Shown here: positions 55,950-64,000 of the stretch, piece by piece
Numbering within the stretch: the stretch's first letter is position 1
How the letters are laid out: every line of letters begins with the position of its first letter
Assembly: GCF_009914755.1 (NCBI RefSeq)
Contig: NC_060947.1
Length of the DNA: 64,000 nucleotides
DNA from: the human T2T-CHM13v2.0 reference genome, Homo sapiens
Reading direction: 5' to 3' (one strand)
Translations under genes and position numbers: made by a program
The notes under the pieces: model-generated
Databases searched by the model: none
The model's input: the letters and a program-made list of their open reading frames with translations, nothing else
What the model was told of the DNA's origin: nothing

Positions 55950-56760
55950 CGATAAATTTTAGACTTACAGAAGAGTTTCAAAGATAGTACAAAGAGTTCT
56001 CATATATCCTTCATCTAGCTTTCCCTATCCTTCACATCTTATATAACCATCAAAATTTTATTAAAACTAAGAAATTGACTTTAGCTTAATACCATTTTAA
56101 ATGGTATTAATACCATTTAAATAAATCCAAAGTACAGGATTTATTCATATTTCATCAGTTTCCCCACTGATGAAAAAGAAATCCTGTCCCTTGAGAGGTT
56201 TTTAAATCAAGACATGTCTTTTGTTGTTGTTGTTGCAGGCATCCAGTGAGGATTCCACATTGCATTAACTTGTCACATTTCCTTAGTCTCCTCTGTTCTG
56301 TGAGTTTCTCTTTCTTTCCTTGTCTTTCAGGACTTTGACACTTTTGAGGAGTACTGGTTACTTCTTTTGTAGAATGTCGTTCAATTTGGGTTTGTCTGAT
56401 GTTTTCTCATGATTTAGAATGAGGTTTCACATTTGGGGAAATAATACTCCTAGATCACCTAGCTAAGCTGGTGTCTGCCAGAATTCTCTACAATAAACTT
56501 ACTATTTTCTCTTTGTAATTATTAAATATGTTGGGAGAGATACTATCCAAACAAATATCCTGTTATTGCCTAGACTATCACCCACTCACTTTAACGTTCA
56601 TTCGTGGATTTTTCCTGAGACAATTACCACTATAGTTTACTAATTCTATTTTTGAACTACTCAATTTAGAAGTTCTATTTTTTAATTTCCATCATTCTTT
56701 TTACTTTTATTCATTGGAATTATTCTGTAAGGTACAGTTGTTGTTTCTCCTCCATTTAAG
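55950..56760 (-). mobile_element. L1MC4-like 3' end
   Basis: AATTTTAGACTTACAGAAGAGTT and TTTTGTAGAATGTC..CAATTTGGGTTTGTCTGATGTTTTCTCATGATT. Confidence 0.8.
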
Positions 56761-56843
56761 ACAAAATATTGAAAGGATAGAAACAGGGTATATAATTTGA
56801 GGTAGACTGGTAGAACAGCATGCATAGTTGATTGGATCTTCAG

Positions 56844-57043
56844 AATATGATACTGGACCACCATCCACTGATAGTATTCTACTATAAAGACAAGCAAAAC
56901 ATGCACAGGGCTGGGCACAGTTGCTCACGCCTGTAATCCCAGCAATATGATACTAGACCACCATCCACTGAGAGTATTCTACTATAAAGACAAGCAAAAC
57001 ATGCACAGGGCTGGGCACAGTTGCTCACGCCTGTAATCCCAGC
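56844..57043. repeat. 100-bp two-copy tandem duplication including an Alu 5' end
   Basis: 56844-56943 and 56944-57043 are identical except at 2 positions. Confidence 0.95.
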
Positions 57044-57310
57044 ACTTTGGGAGGCCGAGGCAGGTGGATCACTTGAGGTCAGAATTTCGAGACTAGCGTG
57101 CCCAACATGGTGAAACTGTGTCTCCACTAAAAACAAAATTAGCCAGGCATCGTGGCATGCAGCTGTAATCCCAGCTACTTGGGAGGCTGAGGCAGGAGAA
57201 TTGCTTGAACCCAGGAGGTGGAGGTTGCAGTGAGCTGAGATCGTGCACTGCACTCCAGCCTGGGTGAAAGAGTGAGACTCTGTCTCAAAGAAAAAAAAAA
57301 TCAACAAAAA
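57009..57310 (+). mobile_element. AluS SINE
   Basis: Full dimeric Alu with an approximate TSD AAAACATGCACAG / AAACCATTCACAG. Confidence 0.95.
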
Positions 57311-57704
57311 AAACCATTCACAGGGCGTGAAAAGTTCTGGAGTTTCCACCTAAACTCCAGGTTTAGGATGCAGCAGGGTGGAGATGATGTGAGGAGGGGG
57401 TTGTTCCTGGTGGTGTCCATCTGAAGATGAAGAAGATGAAACACTAGCCAGGAACAAAAGTATTTCTGAGGTTCAGAGAGTATAAAGGCAGAAAAGGCTG
57501 AACAGGTGAGTGGCAATTGATGCTTGGTTATGAAACCAGTCAATATCAAAAGAATCTAAGCAAAAGGTGGCAGGCCAGTGACAAAATTCCATAAGGAAAA
57601 TAGGCCAAAATCTTATGGGGCTTAAGACTGAACACAGAGGACTTTGTATGACAGCAGGGAATCCAGGCAAACGTAATAGACCCAGAAAACAAAAAGATCA
57701 GCTG

Positions 57705-57870
57705 GTATCATCAGAATTGTTCTCTGTGAATGGCCAGAAAGAAAATGTTTTAGGCTTTATAGTCTGTATAGTCTCTGTTCAACAACTCAACTCTGCTGCT
57801 ATTACATGAACATGACCATATACATTATGTAAAGGAATGGCCATGGCAAAATTTGACTTGCAGTAGTAGC
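57705..57870. mobile_element. MER58A fragment
   Basis: GGCCAGAAAGAAAATGTTTTAGGCTTT...CAACAACTCAACTCTGC. Confidence 0.65.
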
Positions 57871-60247
57871 CAGAGCACAATTTGAGCACTGTATAATTTA
57901 CCTCTTGATCAGTCCTGTCTCAACTTGAAAACTTCCCAAGGGGCAGAGAACTAAAAAAATGACTATAGTCACTTAAAATGAGGCATAACAATTTTACGAA
58001 TTCTTGCTAATGATAGGGTCTTTGAGTTACTTTAGTTATTGTTTTTATCTAGACAGAGGGGTAAGCATTACTTTGGAACTTAATCAAGTTAGTTATTTAT
58101 AGTACGTTTCCCCAAATTAGATACATTACACACTTTTATTTGGTAGTTAGAGTTCAGAAGTACATTATGTTGAAGTTTCTTGAAATTTTTTTGAACCAAA
58201 ATTGAATACAAGTCACTGTTATTATTAAATGACCTCTTAACTTGAAATTTTATGATATGAGTAATTTGAACCAAGTTCTTGCCTTAAATTATTTCAGTAA
58301 GTTGAAATAAAGGAAATGCTAACATTCTCTCCATCCTTTGATTCATCTCTGGCCTGGTGTTTTGTTTAATGTTCTCCTTAAACATTATACCTTTGAAATA
58401 TAAGCTTTTAAAACATAATAGTGACTAAATAGAGGAGGATGAACCAGGGGAGAACTTCAAATCATTTCACTCTAGGAGGGTTAAAATATATAGAAAATGT
58501 TAAACTAATCCTTTTGGGAGTGAGATATCAATTCCATTTTCCTTGTACCCTCTGGGCTTTTCTTGAATCTTTGAAATCCTTTCCCTATAACTGGAATCTC
58601 TGTGAAAATATTTCTGTATATTTATTCTCAAGTAGCATAAAAACACTTTAGAATTCTTTGTTAACTTAATTTTATGATATTTTACAATTTTGACAGCCTT
58701 GGAACTTAAATAGACACAAATATAATGCAAGATAGACAAAATGCATGACCATTCATCTGGGAGATGAATAAAAAGAAAAATTACCTTTCAATATTTTCAA
58801 TTTCCATAATGTTCTATTAGTTCCCTGGAAATTTAATTTCAAACACATGTCACACTTTACAGATTTAATGTGAAGTAAAGGAATAAATTTCAGTGAAATA
58901 TCAAAAAGATGTTTTCACATTTTAAATTTCATTAGACTGAATATTGGTATAAGACATACAGGATTCATGTCACAATCTACTATTTTGTAACATTGGAATT
59001 GAAATATTATGCAAATTATTTTTCATCTAAGAATTTTTCAGCAATTTGCTTTTACCTTGTGAAAAAAATAATAGTTTCACACCCCCAAACCAGTAGACAG
59101 ACTATAGAATCACTTGGGTTTTAGGGCTATAGAAATTCCAATTATTATATTCATGCTTTCCTTTGGGTATAAATTAAGTAGGCCATGGGACAGTTTTGTA
59201 GAATGACCACAGCTTTACAAACCTTATGGTTCAGCAGATGTGGTTGTAAGATATGGGTTCACTGAAAAATATTCACCACTAAGCAATTTGAGGACTCCAT
59301 TCTGAGGTTTTGATTTAAAAACCAGGAATTTCCAGTTGAAAATGGGTAGATTTACCATCATATTGGTCTTCAGATACAGAAATATTCAGTTGTGTCACAT
59401 AAGCAACAATGTGAATCAGGAGTATTTCAAATTGCAATATTTTTACAAATCTGCAAGTCATGAGCTGAGAAAGGTGTTCAGCACATGCAATGACTCCTAT
59501 TTCAGTTTCTTTTTGTTGACCTCAAGATATTCTGGGGCTTTTCTTGGTGTATAAATTAGAAGCCTTCATGGAGGCATTCACTTTGAAAGATTACCTCAAT
59601 ATTTAAGAAAATTATTTGAACAGTGTATTCTCTGATTAGTAAAATATGTGCATTTTCGAGTAAATGTGGTATTATTGAAGTGTTCTAAGATTTTAGAGGA
59701 AATATCATAGCTACAATCATTTCCTGGGCTGTGGATTTGAATAACATTATCCATATGTACATTGAGAAATTTCATAAAATCCTGAAATGCACAGGAACCA
59801 AGTAAGTACCTAGACATCCATGAGAACAGAGACAATGGAGCTTCAGAAACACATTAGTCAAACTCATGCTTCAAAGGTTTGAGTTAATAAAAAATTGAGT
59901 CAGACCAGCAGTACTACTTTCATCTAGATCAAAACTTCCCACTCTAATTCCTTGACTGTGAGAGGAAAGTGTATTTCCAGATTTTTCTTTGTAAAATAAA
60001 AGAAAATCTGAAAAATGCTGACATACTTCCTCAATGGTTTTAGAACTTGTGAAACTCATTACGAAACTCGTTGAGTTACAATCTAACATTTCCATAAAAC
60101 AGGAAAGGCTGATGAAATTAACATGCTAAAAAGTTGCAAGGGAAACCTACCTCTACAATAAGGCAGGATTGCAGTACTGATCCTCAATGAGTGCTGTTTC
60201 TCCACCTGGGGGATAATTCCTAGTTGGTGGAATAGTGGAATACTTAG

Positions 60248-60551
<304 letters not shown>

Positions 60552-62044
60552 CCTCAGAGCCTTTTAAGCTGTTCCAGTTTCTCACTTACTTTCCCATGGA
60601 ATATTCAGAGTATCACTTACGGTTTTATTAGTCAGAACTCTTTGGTTTCCCAATCACATGTCCCTGTTTACTTGTAGTGTCCTTGAAAATGACCACACAA
60701 AACCTCACTGAAGTCACTCATATAGATAAATGAAGACCAGGAAGAATAAAAGTACTGTTTCAATTGCCTATGAAGTTGTCTGTTTTCTCTCACTAGATTA
60801 TAATCTCTGTGAGGGTAGGGACATTAAGCATTTATCCTCAGGGTGTCATCAACACTAGTATGGTAGTTTGTACATAATATAGGAGCTCAATAAACTATTT
60901 TAGTTTGATTGATTACATCTGGGGTTATTAGCCCCTACACAGTGTGTTTCCTCTACTTATTATCAATTAAACTTCACAGTGACTTTTCCAGTTAGGCAAT
61001 ATTATCCTAAATTGCTGAAGTTCCAAGGTAACATCATAGGAAAGCAAAATAACTGGCATGAGAACTCAGGGTTTCTTAGTCCAGATTTATTATTTCCACT
61101 CCCCATCAGCTGCCTGAGAAAGTATTCAATGGACAGTAGTAGTTTCAAAATCTTTTCTCATTCCACAAAATAAAGGATAATAACTAGATTTTTAAAAATA
61201 TAAATACCTAATATAAGAATCCTTTCTTGACCACAGAAAAGGAAGGGTTTTGAAATCCATTATTCCTTTCAACTTTGAAGGAACAGAAAAGTCTTCAGTT
61301 AATTATTTAGGGAAAAGACTTCCCAATCCCCAATCCAATATTTTCCTAATCACATTCCTAGTTGGAACATAGGCACTGAGTTTGGAACCTGAAGCTTATT
61401 TCCTGTCTAAAATTGTTTTCATTCATCGTATGTGAACACTTGTTTTTTATTGCAAAGTTGTTTACAAAGTTGAGCTGCCGGAATACATTTCTTTTAATGA
61501 ACAAAAGAGTGATGGAATATTTAGCTGGAAGGAATTCACAGAGCTGCATGCAACTCGAAAATCGTTTTAAGGTTTAAAAGTTGTAATGTAGGCTTTCTAG
61601 TCCAAAGTGGAGGAATATAGAGGTAAAAAATTTTTAATAAAAGAATTGAATAACTCAGAAAAGGAAGTCTGACCATCTCTTCAAACTAAACAGAACTTGC
61701 TTTCATCTAAAATAATGTTTCATTCAATAAACATTAATGAATATAAAATCCTTGCTACATGCCAGGCATCAGGATACAAAGTTCATTAACATTGATCCTA
61801 CCCATAACATAAAAGATCAATAATTTCATATCTTCATAAAAAATGGCAAATGACTTTCTAAAGGCAATTCATATAAGTGAGAGCAAATATTCAGAACCCC
61901 AGCAATTAGAACAATAATATCAACACATAAGGCTGAGATCAACTGCATATACAAGCCACCTTGAAGACAAAAACCTGGTACTTGGTCTATAGAATATGTG
62001 AATCAAAAGAGAGTATTCCTTTTTTTAATCGGTGAAACTTCAGT

Positions 62045-62550
62045 CTTTTTACTTAAATCAAGATATAATTCATGCACCATAAAATTTGCCATTTTCAAGT
62101 GAATGATTCAGTGCCTTTTAGTATACTTACAGAGTTGTGCAATTGTCACAACTATCTAATTCAATTTTCATCACTTTAATTAGAAACTCTGTACCCTCTA
62201 AGCTGTCATTAGCTGTTCCCTCCTTCCCCTAGTCCCTGGGAACCACACATCTGCTCTTGGTCTCTATGGATTTGTCTATTCTGGACATTTCATATCAATG
62301 TAATCATACAATATGTAGTCTTTTGTGATGGACTCCTTTTACTTAGCATAATGCTTTGAGTTTCATCTATGTTGTAGCAGGAATCAGTACTTCTTCCCTC
62401 TTTATAGTTGAAAAATATGTCATTGGGTGGATGGACTACATTTTAATCATTCATCAGTTGATGGACATCTGCATCGTTTATATTTTTGGCTATTATAAAT
62501 AATGTTAATATGAACATTTGTGTACAACTTTTTGTGTGAACATGTTCCTT
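62045..62550 (-). mobile_element. L1MB-type 3' end
   Basis: CTCTATGGATTTGTCTATTCTGGACATTTCATAT and CATCAGTTGATGGACAT. Confidence 0.85.
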
Positions 62551-62699
62551 TGATAGGATTAACTTAGAAAAAAGAAAAGTAAGAGTGAAAAAGGCAGCTA
62601 ACACTGTGCCAAAGACAGCAAATGGCCTATTATAAATCCACAAATCAGGATTCTAATATTCCCTAATTATTCCGAAGATAAGTCACTATGTCCTTTGCT

Positions 62700-62968
62700 A
62701 CAGGACATATTCATGGGCCCCAAACCAGGCATACTAAATTTGAATTTCCAGGGAAGGAGGGTGAAAATCTCTATATTTAAACAAGCCTCCCAAGTGATTC
62801 TAATCATTAGCCAAGTTCAGGGAACACTGGTTTAGTCTTTGCAACTCAAAGTTGATTCCTGAGAATCTCTAGCACTGCATCTCCTGGAAGCTTGTTAGAA
62901 ATGGAGAGTCTCAAGCCCCACTCCAAACCTACTGAATCAGAATCTCATTTTAACAAGATCCCCAGGTG
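62700..62968. mobile_element. Two MER5-family fragments
   Basis: TTTAAACAAGCCTCCCAAGTGATTCT and CCTACTGAATCAGAATCTCATTTTAACAAGATCCCCAGGTGA. Confidence 0.7.
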
Positions 62969-63960
62969 AAAGGACTCCTTATTCAATAAATGGTGCTGGG
63001 ATAGCTGGCTAGCCATAAGCAGGTGAACGAAACTGGACCACTACTTTTCACCATACACAAAAATTAGCTCAAGATAGATTAAAAACTTAAATATAAGACC
63101 TAAAACTATAAGAACCCTGGAAAATACCATTCTGGACATGGGCCTTGGGAATGAATTTATAACTAAGTCCTCAAAAACAGTTGCAACAAAAACAAAAATT
63201 GCCAAGTGGGACCTAATTAAACTGAAGAGCTGCACAGCAAAAGAAACTATCAACAGAGTAGATAGACAACCTACAAAATGGGAGAAAATATTTGCAAACT
63301 GTGCATGTGACAAAGGTCTAATATCCAGAACCTATAAGGAACTTAAACAATTGAAAGAGTAAAAAATAAATAACCCCATCAAAAAATGGGCAAAATACAT
63401 GAACAGACACTTCTGAAAAGAAGACATACAAGCGTCCAACGAACATGAAAAAATGCTCCACATCACACATCAACAGAGAAATGTAAATCAAAACCACAAT
63501 GAGATACCATCTCACACCAGTCACAATGGCTATGTGTAAAAAGTAAAAACACAACAGACACTGGCAAGGCTGTAGAGAAAAGGGGACATTTATACACTGT
63601 TGGTGGGAATGTAAATTAGTTCAGCTACCATGGAAAGCAGTTTGGAGACTTCTCAGAGAACTCAACACAGAACTACCATTTGACCCAGCAATCCCATTAC
63701 TAGGTATATACTCAAAGGAAAATAAATCATTCTACCAAAAAGACACATGTACTTTTATGTTCACTTTGGCACTATTCACAATAGCAAAGACATGGAATCG
63801 ACAACCTAAGTGCCCATCAGTGGTGGACTGGATAAAGAAAATGTAGTTCATATATACCATAAAATACTATGCAGCCATAAAAAAGAATGAAATCATGTCG
63901 TTTGCAGCAACATGGATGCAGCTGGAGGCCATTATCCTAAGTGAATTAACATAGGAAAAT
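62968..63960 (+). mobile_element. Old L1P (L1PB/late L1PA-like) ORF2 3' fragment
   Basis: [51 protein letters not shown] and CCATTTGACCCAGCAATCCCATTACT. Confidence 0.9.
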
Positions 63961-64000
63961 ATCGTAAGTGAATTAATATAAGATTCCCAACCCTAGTTGC

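Noticed and set aside
59300-60150. Unique AT-rich stretch with several short ORFs, considered as a processed pseudogene
   Set aside because: I saw no recognisable protein similarity, poly-A tail or TSD.

Overview
This is primate (human-like) genomic DNA. It is AT-rich, essentially intergenic, and dominated by transposable-element fossils: Alu/FLAM, L1PA/PB/M, L2, L3/CR1, MIR, MaLR/ERV LTRs and hAT DNA transposons. I found no intact multi-exon gene, RNA gene or CRISPR array, and nearly all ORFs in the track are repeat-derived or chance. The best functional candidate is at the left edge: a minus-strand TATA-type promoter and a first exon (~317 to 84) ending ATG GGG AAG CTG|GTGAGT (M-G-K-L, phase 0), so the rest of the window would be that gene's upstream region. 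The largest element is a TSD-bounded L1PA5/6-like copy (36352-40730) with a large internal ORF2 deletion and an antisense ORF0 pointing toward the candidate gene. Several small rearrangement scars are visible: template-switch palindromes, a 100-bp tandem duplication capturing an Alu head, a 38-bp ectopic copy and a 38-bp minisatellite. I found no convincing new biological system. Repeat subfamily names come from recalled consensus sequences, and boundaries of old repeats are approximate.
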